Translations under genes and position numbers: made by a program
Source of the DNA: Paraspadella gotoi
Taxonomy: Eukaryota > Animalia > Chaetognatha
NCBI GenBank assembly: GCA_051294375.1
Contig: JBJCIZ010000925.1
Location: forward strand, 1 to 12,366
Length of the DNA: 12,366 nucleotides
Reading direction: 5' to 3'
The notes under the pieces: model-generated
What the model was told of the DNA's origin: nothing
Databases searched by the model: none
Seen by the model: only the letters and a program-made list of their open reading frames with translations
Part shown: one piece after another, positions 1-9,019 of the stretch
Layout: the number at the start of each line of letters is the position of its first letter
Numbering within the stretch: the first letter of the stretch is position 1

Positions 1-124
1 TTTTTTTTTTTTAATGCGATAAAATTTAAATTGTTTGAGTTATTAATTAAAATAAAAGTTCAACTTATTTTTTTTTAATTTTTAAGTATTTTTTTTAGCT
101 CTTGTGTTTTGTTTTTTGTTTAAG

Positions 125-271
125 GCCCTCTTCCTCCTTTCCCCTCTGTCTTCACCGCTTGGGGTCGTGGCTGTCGCCTGCTTAGGCCAATGGAAGGCAA
201 TTTGGCGGCAAAGACGGAATATGATTGGTCGATCGTTTGCCCTGCCGCCTGCGGTCTCATGATCTCTGACA
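125..271 (+). CDS. Putative internal exon of a large multi-exon gene (FN3-like repeat protein)
   Basis: GC-rich block after a T-rich tract ending ...tgtttaag (124) and before donor gtgagt (272). It is 147 nt, phase 1-1 and fully open: PLPPFPSVFTAWGRGCRLLRPMEGNLAAKTEYDWSIVCPAACGLMISD. The L-x-x-x-T-x-Y...IVC...GL pattern resembles FN3 F/G strands. Confidence 0.6.
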
Positions 272-313
272 GTGAGTGAAGGAAGACGAGTACGAAACTT
301 GGAGTGCAATGTT

Positions 314-325
314 AAAAAAGTAAAA
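314..325 (-). terminator. Pol III oligo-T terminator of the tRNA-Ile gene
   Basis: The minus strand reads TTTT-AC-TTTTTT starting 5 nt after the discriminator base. Confidence 0.75.
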
Positions 326-329
326 GCTT

Positions 330-403
330 TGGCCAGTGAGGGGATCGAACCCTCGACCTTGGCGTTATTAGCACCACGCTCTAACCAGCTGAGCTAACCG
401 GCC
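330..403 (-). tRNA. tRNA-Ile-AAT: tRNA-Ile (anticodon AAT, read as IAU), intact, 74 nt
   Basis: Reverse complement is GGCCGGTTAGCTCAGCTGGTTAGAGCGTGGTGCTAATAACGCCAAGGTCGAGGGTTCGATCCCCTCACTGGCCA. It has a paired acceptor stem, A-box TAGCTCAGCTGG, anticodon loop CTAATAA (AAT at 367-369) and B-box GGTTCGATCC. It closely matches the familiar metazoan tRNA-Ile-AAT. No CCA is encoded. Confidence 0.97.
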
Positions 404-462
404 ATCTGCGGGAAATGTCACTCTATATTTTTCAATAACTTAAATACCAAAACATATTAAAA

Positions 463-767
463 NNNNNNNNNNNNNNNNNNNNNNNNNNNNNNNNNNNNNN
501 NNNNNNNNNNNNNNNNNNNNNNNNNNNNNNNNNNNNNNNNNNNNNNNNNNNNNNNNNNNNNNNNNNNNNNNNNNNNNNNNNNNNNNNNNNNNNNNNNNNN
601 NNNNNNNNNNNNNNNNNNNNNNNNNNNNNNNNNNNNNNNNNNNNNNNNNNNNNNNNNNNNNNNNNNNNNNNNNNNNNNNNNNNNNNNNNNNNNNNNNNNN
701 NNNNNNNNNNNNNNNNNNNNNNNNNNNNNNNNNNNNNNNNNNNNNNNNNNNNNNNNNNNNNNNNNNN
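463..767. other. Assembly gap (N run)
   Basis: 305 N bases. Confidence 1.
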
Positions 768-797
768 CCACGCTCTAACCAGCTGAGCTAACCGGCC
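768..797 (-). tRNA. Second tRNA-Ile-type copy; only the 5' 30 nt are visible and the rest lies in the gap
   Basis: ccacgctctaaccagctgagctaaccggcc is identical to 374-403, but the 5' flank differs, so this is a separate copy. The anticodon is hidden in Ns. Confidence 0.8.
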
Positions 798-869
798 GTC
801 TGAGGAGTTTGGCACTCTTTAAAGTCTTAAAACAAGTGAAACATATTTAAAAAATACGTTTTTTTCTGT

Positions 870-1848
870 NNNNNNNNNNNNNNNNNNNNNNNNNNNNNNN
901 NNNNNNNNNNNNNNNNNNNNNNNNNNNNNNNNNNNNNNNNNNNNNNNNNNNNNNNNNNNNNNNNNNNNNNNNNNNNNNNNNNNNNNNNNNNNNNNNNNNN
1001 NNNNNNNNNNNNNNNNNNNNNNNNNNNNNNNNNNNNNNNNNNNNNNNNNNNNNNNNNNNNNNNNNNNNNNNNNNNNNNNNNNNNNNNNNNNNNNNNNNNN
1101 NNNNNNNNNNNNNNNNNNNNNNNNNNNNNNNNNNNNNNNNNNNNNNNNNNNNNNNNNNNNNNNNNNNNNNNNNNNNNNNNNNNNNNNNNNNNNNNNNNNN
1201 NNNNNNNNNNNNNNNNNNNNNNNNNNNNNNNNNNNNNNNNNNNNNNNNNNNNNNNNNNNNNNNNNNNNNNNNNNNNNNNNNNNNNNNNNNNNNNNNNNNN
1301 NNNNNNNNNNNNNNNNNNNNNNNNNNNNNNNNNNNNNNNNNNNNNNNNNNNNNNNNNNNNNNNNNNNNNNNNNNNNNNNNNNNNNNNNNNNNNNNNNNNN
1401 NNNNNNNNNNNNNNNNNNNNNNNNNNNNNNNNNNNNNNNNNNNNNNNNNNNNNNNNNNNNNNNNNNNNNNNNNNNNNNNNNNNNNNNNNNNNNNNNNNNN
1501 NNNNNNNNNNNNNNNNNNNNNNNNNNNNNNNNNNNNNNNNNNNNNNNNNNNNNNNNNNNNNNNNNNNNNNNNNNNNNNNNNNNNNNNNNNNNNNNNNNNN
1601 NNNNNNNNNNNNNNNNNNNNNNNNNNNNNNNNNNNNNNNNNNNNNNNNNNNNNNNNNNNNNNNNNNNNNNNNNNNNNNNNNNNNNNNNNNNNNNNNNNNN
1701 NNNNNNNNNNNNNNNNNNNNNNNNNNNNNNNNNNNNNNNNNNNNNNNNNNNNNNNNNNNNNNNNNNNNNNNNNNNNNNNNNNNNNNNNNNNNNNNNNNNN
1801 NNNNNNNNNNNNNNNNNNNNNNNNNNNNNNNNNNNNNNNNNNNNNNNN
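870..1848. other. Assembly gap (N run)
   Basis: 979 N bases. Confidence 1.
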
Positions 1849-2225
1849 AAAAATAGCTTAAGACTGGATCTACTTTTAATTCCTCAACCATTCCGTGACC
1901 TTAGGACCAGGTTAGAGCCGCAGCCTGGCCGATGTATTTTAAACGAGTGAAAGAACAAAATTCCATTGATCGTAAAAAAGCGATTTCTCGTTCGTCGTCT
2001 TCTTGCGACAATTTTTATATTAGCCCGGCATTTTTTAAATATGTTGCTTTATAATTAATTATTTTGACAAAAGGTTTTTTTTTTTACAACGATAAGGTTT
2101 ATTGACATGAACGGACATCCGTTTCATGTTTTTACCAAAGAGAAGACAAAAGTCTTCGAACTACTGAAATGATAAATTCTCTTTTATTTGGTTTGAAAAG
2201 ACCGAATCAACTATTATTATACATA

Positions 2226-2806
2226 CTATCAAGGAAAAAAGTATATGACATAATTCATTTATTCAATAAAAAAGTATATAAAATATGGGTAAAACATTCT
2301 CAATATTTGGTATACCTTTCCTTGGTATTGGCTACTGCATTTCTTTATCTTGGTATGCTTTTATACAGCAAATTGAGGTATGACAGTGAAATGTTTTTCG
2401 ACATCTTTAACGCAATTCTTTTTAGCCCCGATATTGATGTTGCGTATCTTTCCTTCTTTTCTGAAAGCTATAATAACACTTTTTTAAATCAAAAAGAGGT
2501 GCAAGGCCTTTAAAATTGCCAAATTAAAAAATATTAAAAAAATAACTAACTCTATTTAAAACAAAAATAAATAATTAAATACCAAAAATAGTAAAAAATT
2601 AAATGTTTTTTTTTGCCATTTTTTATTTGAAGTAACAATAATTTTTTGCCTGTAACTTCTAAACGATTTAACTTACAAAAAATAAAAGGAAGCTACTGAA
2701 AAAACATTTAATGTAGATTCTAAAACATTTTAACTTTTTTATAAATTAAATAAGTTTTCAAGTAGATATCGTTTATTAAAAATGTCATATTTTTTGTCCT
2801 TGATAG
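2226..2806 (-). mobile_element. Non-autonomous, internally deleted Tc1/mariner-superfamily DNA transposon (581 bp)
   Basis: Imperfect TIRs CTATCAAGGAAAAAAGTATATGACAT (2226-2251) and ATGTCATATTTTTTGTCCTTGATAG (2782-2806). TA flanks both ends (2224-2225, 2807-2808). A Tc1-type transposase C-terminus lies inside on the minus strand. Confidence 0.88.
2300..2458 (-). pseudogene. Tc1-like transposase C-terminal remnant
   Basis: Translates to KKERYATSISGLKRIALKMSKNISLSYLNLLYKSIPR*RNAVANTKERYTKY*. This fits the Tc1-family terminal consensus L..SMP.R..AV...KG..TKY-stop. There is an internal TAA at 2345-2347. Confidence 0.85.
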
Positions 2807-3442
2807 TACGTCTTCAAACACTGCGAAGGTAAAGAAACGTTTTATTATTTTAACTCTACTCTGATAAGTCGTAATAAAACAGAGAAATCCCGTAAAGTAA
2901 GACTGGCTTTTCTTGTTTGAATTCAAACTCCGTTTTCTAAACTTACCTAATCGAAATGAAGTTTGTCATCGATCGCACTCGCCTTACTTTCATATTATCC
3001 CGCTTTCGAATCTATGAGCCAAAAAGTCTTCTTGACCATTTTATAATTGATGAAACCGATTCAGGTTCGATTCAAAAACCGTTTTCAAACTTCGTTGGAC
3101 GACCTTTGATGAAATTTTGAAATTAATATTTTTTTTTTTGCGTCTCATCAAGCATCAAGGTTTTCAACTTCAAAAAAATAGTCCAAAAACCGGCAGATAA
3201 CTAAAAGAAATATTTAAAAGCGTAACCGAAATTAAAACAACGAAAAGGTAGGTACAATTCAGGAGCTAAATCGGCTTCCTGGGTCAGTTAATCCTGACCA
3301 TGAAAGCTTTTTCCTAGGAGAAAGACTCGTCGTAATTCATCGTCATTGTCTGAATAAATTTTTGGCCCGCCGCGTGTGCCAAAAAAAAAAAAAAAAAATA
3401 TATATATCATTACGAATCAGTTTTTCGCATTCTTGCCTACAG

Positions 3443-4329
3443 CTCTTTTATGTGACGAACCTTACCTTCCCATCATCCGTCGCTAATGACAACGCCCGCT
3501 CCTTATGTTTCGTCGACGAGGAACGCGAAGATCACTAACCGTCATTTTCGCCGCCTATCATCAATCATCATCCTCTGGAATACGCGACCGTTGCTCAGGT
3601 TTCACTTCTTCCGCATCTTTTCAGCCGTTGCCCGAAAGATGGCCGTCGCCCACTTCCCGACGAACCGCAGAGACACTTCGCCTCCGCCTCCGCCCCCACC
3701 GGCCTGCGCCCTCCCCCCGCAAGCCGCCACAAACCTAAACCGGCCCTCTCGCGCCGCATGTGGAGGGTCGTCCTCGATCCGGACGACGAGGCATCCGATC
3801 TGGCTGGACTTCGGACGTTTGCTGGATCAATGGAGACATCGGGACTTCTTGTGCGGTTGAAAACTTGGATCTTGTGAATTTAGATCATCTTATAAAAATT
3901 CTTATGATGCCAGCAAAATAAACTTACATTTTGGGCGTATTCAAAAGCTCGCCGCCGGGATTAACGCACAATCCAACCGCTGCTTCGAGGTGTCGATCAC
4001 CGGCCTGACGACGAGGGCTTCGAAGCAGTTTTTTTGGTGAATGCCCGTTACAATGAATTACATTTTAAAATCTACATCAGTTGAAATGCCCTCCGTTACA
4101 AATGAATTGACACTTCTAAATCTTACATCGTTTCCTGCAGAAATCAACAAGACGAGCGGACGTCGACGTCGGCATTCGCCACGAAGGGACATTCGAGACC
4201 GGCGGCGACAGTCTGTGGCGGCGCCACCTGCCAGCCCGATCTGCGCCTTTGCACTTAGCACCAGCGGCATCTACGGGTTCATCGAGTCCGAAGAGAAGGT
4301 TTAACGTCACGAGCGTCGTGAGAATAAAG
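3443..4329 (+). CDS. Putative exon block (possibly more than one exon) of the host gene, interrupted by indels and stops
   Basis: Acceptor cctacag ends at 3442 and donor AAG|gtgtgg starts at 4330. Open segments include LFYVTNLTFPSSVAND..., HFASASAPTGLR...MWRVVLDPDDEASDLAGLRTFAGSMETSGLLV, NRCFEVSITGLTTRASKQFF and ICAFALSTSGIYGFIESEEK. Internal boundaries are uncertain. Confidence 0.55.
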
Positions 4330-4350
4330 GTGTGGTGGGGGAATTGCGGA

Positions 4351-4430
4351 GATTCATTCATTATTCATTCCTACATTGCATTCTACATGTATTCATTCAT
4401 TCATTCCATAGTTCATTCATTCATTCATTT
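4351..4430. repeat. Degenerate (ATTC)n microsatellite, intronic
   Basis: attcattcattattcattc...attcattcattcattcattt. Confidence 0.85.
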
Positions 4431-4633
4431 ATCATCAATTCAGTATCATCATATCTCTTCATTCCTCATCATTTTTGTGTCTTTTTTTTTCCCAAAATGG
4501 AATTGAACATTAATTAATTATTTATTTACTTTTAAAATCGTATACATCCTTGTAATTTTTTTTCTTTAAGTTATTTCTTATTCATTCGTTATTTAGATTA
4601 ACTACTTGCTTCGTATTTCATTCATTCTCGAAG

Positions 4634-4816
4634 CATCCCTCCCTCGCTCGGCCGAGATCTTCCAAAGACCCTCTCAAACCTGCGAGACGCGTCGCCCGCT
4701 CTCGACGTCTTCTCCTACTTCTCCGTTGGCAGCCCGGGCTGCTCTGCCGCGCCGACATCGCTTCATGGCCCGCATATCACGAGACGGGTCATTCTTTCGG
4801 ATCCGGGTCCCGCAGA
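4634..4816 (+). CDS. Putative internal exon of the host gene
   Basis: Acceptor ttcattctcgaag (4633) and donor gtgatt (4817). Open frame IPPSLGRDLPKTLSNLRDASPALDVFSYFSVGSPGCSAAPTSLHGPHITRRVILSDPGPA. Its phase-2 end matches the phase-2 start of the exon at 5196. Confidence 0.55.
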
Positions 4817-4917
4817 GTGATTTCCGCTGAAGAGATGGTGGAAGTGGGGTGGGATTAAAGGGGGGTGGGGGAGGTTCAAGGGATGTGAGAGCGATTGAAG
4901 GGACTGATGAAGCCTCG

Positions 4918-5172
4918 GTTTATTTTTTTTATTTGTTTCATGTTTTTTTTTCTTAAATCTGATGATAAACATATTTTCTTATTCTTTGTTTATTTGTTTA
5001 TTGTTTATTGTTCATTTTTTGTTTTATTAGTTTATTATTTATTTATTAGTCCTTTTTGTATTTATTTAGTTTGTTTATTTATTTAATGTTTATTTATCTG
5101 TTTATTAGTTCCTTTTGTTTATTTATTTATTTATTTTATTCTATTTATTTGTTTGTTTATTTATTTACTTTA
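4918..5172. repeat. T-rich low-complexity intronic repeat, (TTTA/TTTG)n
   Basis: Runs of tttatttattt and ttgtttattt. Confidence 0.85.
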
Positions 5173-5195
5173 ACGGACAACCACGTCCTCTTCAG

Positions 5196-5868
5196 ACCGG
5201 ACTATTTTCGTCCCGCCAAAACCAAAAACTTATCTCCGGCTTACCGCTACATTTGTCGTCCATTTCTACCGGCTGCGGGCCTCATCCTTTTCAATACCGC
5301 GTCGTGGGTTTCCGCCGAGTCGGCCGTCGACGATCGGCCCGGTCTCTCACTTCGTCACAGCCTTTGGGATCTAACTCGGACCGCCCTGTCGGACAAGTTT
5401 ACCAACCGGACGTTCAACTCTTACGTTCGCCTGCGTTCGTAAAAACTTGGCCGAGATTCGCCTGCCGGTGTCGCGTTCGTGCACGACGAAAGGGTGGGAC
5501 TTTGGTCTGCGGAGCCGCAGCTGCGCGGCGGAGGACGACATCGCCGGCCAATGCTGCCTCTGACGACGATCTCTCCCTCTGCCAAAATACAATGATTTCG
5601 CGTTCCGCCAGAGTCCCTACTCTCCGGAAAGTGGCAACGCCTGACGCTTGCGCTTGCGCAAACTGACTTCAATGCTCGCCGCAGCCACGGCTGCGGCGAA
5701 TGCGTTCGCCAGCCAGAGCGGGGGCCGGACTCGTCGTTCGGGGCAGAGGCCGCTATATGTCAAAGTCAACCTGTGGAGGGCGCGTGGCGGCGTTAATCCG
5801 TTTCGATCTGCGTTCGTTGTGGATCGACGCCGGATACTTTGCACGGCATTGGAAGGGACAGCGGACAG
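5196..5868 (+). CDS. Putative exon of the host gene with apparent frameshifts; 3' boundary uncertain (5868-5903)
   Basis: Acceptor ctcttcag (5195). Frame PDYFRPAKTKNLSPAYRYICRPFLPAAGLILFNTASWVSAESAVDDRPG...SYVRLRS, and later, in another frame, PLYVKVNLWRARGGVNPFRSAFVVD. The block is GC/CpG-rich and flanked by T-rich introns. Confidence 0.55.
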
Positions 5869-6098
5869 GCGAAAGTCTTTCGGCCCGGAGAGAAAAAAGA
5901 AAAGTAAAAATTGGCCTTTCTCACCAATCTACTTTATGTTTTGTTTGTTACTGTTTGGTTGCTTGTTTTGTTATAGTGTTATGTTTTGGTAGTGGTGTTT
6001 TATTGTGTTCGTATTCATTTTTGTCTTTGCCTTTGGCTTTTGGTTTGTTGTATGGGTGTTTTTTTTTCGCTTGGCTCCTTTCTTTTTGTTCTTCTCAG

Positions 6099-6336
6099 CC
6101 CTGGCCCCAACCATCCTCACATCCCCGCTTCCCCGCCTCCACTCTTTCACCAACGACCGTCTCACACATGGGCATCGTCACACCCCGGCGCAATCCCCAA
6201 CCCTCCCCCGCTCGGTCTGCACCCCCGAGGGTTCGCGCAGCCTTCAGTCACGCCAAGAGTTCACCCAAACTTTTATGTGGCTCGCCGCGGGGAGTGGCTT
6301 CGATCGTAGAGGTCCAGCGTTTTATAGCATTTGGAG
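6099..6336 (+). CDS. Putative internal exon of the host gene
   Basis: Acceptor cttctcag (6098) follows a long T-rich tract; donor AG|gtaggg (6337). Open phase 1-2 frame LAPTILTSPLPRLHSFTNDRL...FMWLAAGSGFDRRGPAFYSIW. Confidence 0.6.
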
Positions 6337-6410
6337 GTAGGGGGGACGATGAGGCCGTTGGGAGGTGGTTTTGGCTTTTGGATGGGTTAGGTTGAGAAAA
6401 TGAGGAAAGC

Positions 6411-6650
6411 TATGGCAAACAGCCGGTGTTGCCTGTGATGCCCATTGGGATGGGGCATCTCATGTTGCTTGGGGCTTCCGACCCTCAGTGACGCCTCCAG
6501 TCCACTGCGCGGGTACCCTAGGACGTCTCGCTTTGCCAACGCAGAGAAGTCGTTAGGACTGGTGGATGGAAACCACTACGCTTGATGTGTGTTCCCCCTC
6601 TAGCCAAGGATTGCTGAAGGATGGTGACGTTGAGCGTTGTGATATCCGCC
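6411..6650 (+). repeat. Indel-rich direct duplicate of exon sequence 6853-7092 (probable assembly artefact)
   Basis: Colinear with 6853-7092 (tatggcaa...cagtgacgcctccagt...ccctagg...gttccccctc...gatat.ccgcc). The differences are mostly 1-nt indels. Confidence 0.85.
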
Positions 6651-6835
6651 CAGATCCCGGGCCAACATCACTCAGTTCCTCAAGCCTGAGAGTGTGTGAA
6701 CAAGACTTGTACCATTAGTGGGAGAGAGAGAGAGAGCGCGGTTGTGGGGCATAGCGTTTGTCATAGCCGAACGCCGAAGTCGCAGGGCATAGGCGTTTGT
6801 CGTAGCGTACCCTGAAAGGTTTGCGTATTCGATAG

Positions 6836-7121
6836 TATGCGCGCTCACAACTTATGGCAACAGCGGTTGCCTTGTTGTGCCCTTGGGATGGCATCTCACT
6901 GTGGCTTTGGGCTTCCGACCTCAGTGACGCCTCCAGTCACTGGCGCGGTTTACCCTAGGGACGGTCTCGCTTTTGCCAACCGCAGAGGGAGTCTAGGACT
7001 GTGGATGGAACACTACGCTGGGATGGTGTGTTCCCCCTCTGAGCCAATGGATTTGGCTGAAGATGGGGACGTGAGCGGTGTGATATACCGCCACAAGCCT
7101 CCTTTAAGGAAGTTTTGACAG
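6836..7121 (+). CDS. Putative internal exon of the host gene
   Basis: Possible acceptor tcgatag (6835) and strong donor CAG|gtgagg (7122). Frame MRAHNLWQQ...TSVTPPVTGAVYPRDG...PPLRKF*Q is phase-compatible with both neighbouring exons but contains TGA at 7116. Confidence 0.55.
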
Positions 7122-7132
7122 GTGAGGTTGCT

Positions 7133-7258
7133 CACTCTCTATATATTATATCTATCTATTCTATCTTTCTTTCTTTCTATCTATCTTTCTCTCTATTTCT
7201 CTCTATCTCTCTTTCTCTCTTTCTCTCTTTCTCTCTCTCTCTCTCTTTCTTCTCTTTC

Positions 7259-7303
<45 letters not shown>

Positions 7304-7320
7304 CTCTCTCTCTCTCTCTC
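7133..7320. repeat. (CTAT)/(CTTT)/(CT)n compound microsatellite filling most of a ~210-bp intron
   Basis: Near-pure polypyrimidine ctctct tract. Confidence 0.95.
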
Positions 7321-7332
7321 GTAACCGCCCAG

Positions 7333-7604
7333 TTCGTTTTTGTTCCCTCTTCAAAAAGCGACGTCGGATCGAGGCTTGCTCGGACAGATGGACATGAGCG
7401 ATATAAATACGCGATCGCAGTGCGAAGATCGCTTCGGATAACCTGCCATGCGTGCAAAGCATCTTGGCGAAAGAGTGGAGAAGAGGCGCTTTCGAGGAAG
7501 TCGAATGGAATGAGCGATGTGAAGATTGAGCGACTCAGACGCAGAATTCTCGAATTCTGAGAAGAGAGAAAGAGAGATGTTGATAAGGCAAGTTGTATGG
7601 AGAG
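7333..7604 (+). CDS. Putative internal exon of the host gene
   Basis: Acceptor gcccag (7332) directly follows the (CT)n tract; donor AG|gtgagt (7605). Frame FVFVPSSKSDVGSRLARTDGHERYKYAIAVRRSLRITCHACKASW... is open for 75 codons, then TGA at 7558. Confidence 0.55.
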
Positions 7605-9019
7605 GTGAGTTAACGTGAGTGATACATAATGCGTATTAAGAGATTATTAATTCTGCTGGGAAATTGTTCGTATTGTTGACAGAGAATTTGATAGTCGCGA
7701 TTTTTTTTAGCCTTTTTTAACGACGGAGTAAGTATTTAGAAATAATAATAGAATATAACAATAATATATTCTGCTGTGATATAAGGTATCTCCCTGTTGA
7801 AGATTAAAGTGAGACCGAGTGAGCACACCTCTATCAAAAGGCATACACTTATGTAGAATTGTTGAGAGAGACAAAAATAGTTAAAAATTATATATACATT
7901 TCTCAGGTAACAAAAAAGGCCCCGGCGCGAATGACAAAAGTATATAAGATGGAACCGCCATACTACGTACGTTTGAAACATGCTAAGTGACCAGGCAGTA
8001 GTTAATAATTGTAATAGTTGATAATGTTTTTTATTTTTTCTAATTTTATTAAAAATATATGCCTTTTGTCTCATGAAATTATACCATGACTATACAATAT
8101 CCTGGAATTCGCGTAATTAACACGACGAGATTTTTCTTAGTTAACGCCCCTTTCAAAATTTCACGTATTATCTTAAATACTCTCTATGTTCCCAATCTAA
8201 AATACGAGACGCCGGAAATCTCTAGTGTTTAAAAATGTGTTAGTTGGACGTCTGAATAGTAGGCGAAAATATATGAATTTTAGTAAAAAAAAAAAACCCC
8301 CAAAAACAAATAATATATAACGTAAAAAAGTAAATGCTAATTATAAAAAAACAATTTCTATTGATAATAATCTAAATCGTTTTTATCTTACTTAAAGTTA
8401 TAACTGGACCAAACTCTTTCTAAAAGTAATCGGTACATATTTTTAAAATAAGAAGAGAATAAGTCGTTTTTTTAAAAAACTAACTAGGATAACAAAATCG
8501 TAAAATCCACACAAAAAACTGGCTGTTTTGTCTTGAGGTATTTTGATTCTGCACGCCCAGAGCAGAGTTCGAAATCGAAATCTGTTGTTTGAACATTTTT
8601 TCACAAATACGCGAGGTCGCTTGTAAATTTTATTAGGTATTCTCTCTCAATGTTCGAGCTTGAATAAGATCAACAAAATAGCTGAAAAGAAACACTTAGA
8701 ATTAATATGAATCACTTTTCCGCTTTGATAACATATATTGTCGATGTTACAATTTTATATCATACAATTGATCCGCTTCATATCTACAGCACTCGAATCT
8801 TAGTACTACAGATATTCATAGTGCACTTTGTATCGTTATTTCGCTAGCGAGTCTTTGCTTCGATTCCTCGATCGTGATGCTGTTACTGTAATTTTCCAAC
8901 TAACAAAAAGTTTCTGTATTTCACCTTATAAGTCAATGGATCTCCGAACCTGTAGTATAAAATATGCAAATCTCTTGCCTGACCGTTTTATTCAGGTTCT
9001 GATTGTTCACTCGTTTAGA

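Noticed and set aside
432-1891. ORFs 432-815, 457-771 and 827-1891
   Set aside because: They are open only because they run through N gaps.
2169-2513. 114-aa plus-strand ORF
   Set aside because: It is the antisense shadow of the Tc1 transposase remnant and crosses the TIR.
3282-3410. Small hairpins GGTCAG/CTGACC and TTTTTGGC...GCCAAAAA followed by an A-run, as a possible retroposon or transposon end
   Set aside because: The stems are short, and I found no target-site duplication or matching other end.
4332-5195. Hydrophobic F/I/Y/L-rich ORF starts resembling membrane proteins
   Set aside because: They derive from (ATTC)n and (TTTA)n intronic repeats.
7115-7462. SL-repeat and RE-repeat ORFs
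   Set aside because: They are translations of the (CT)n microsatellite.
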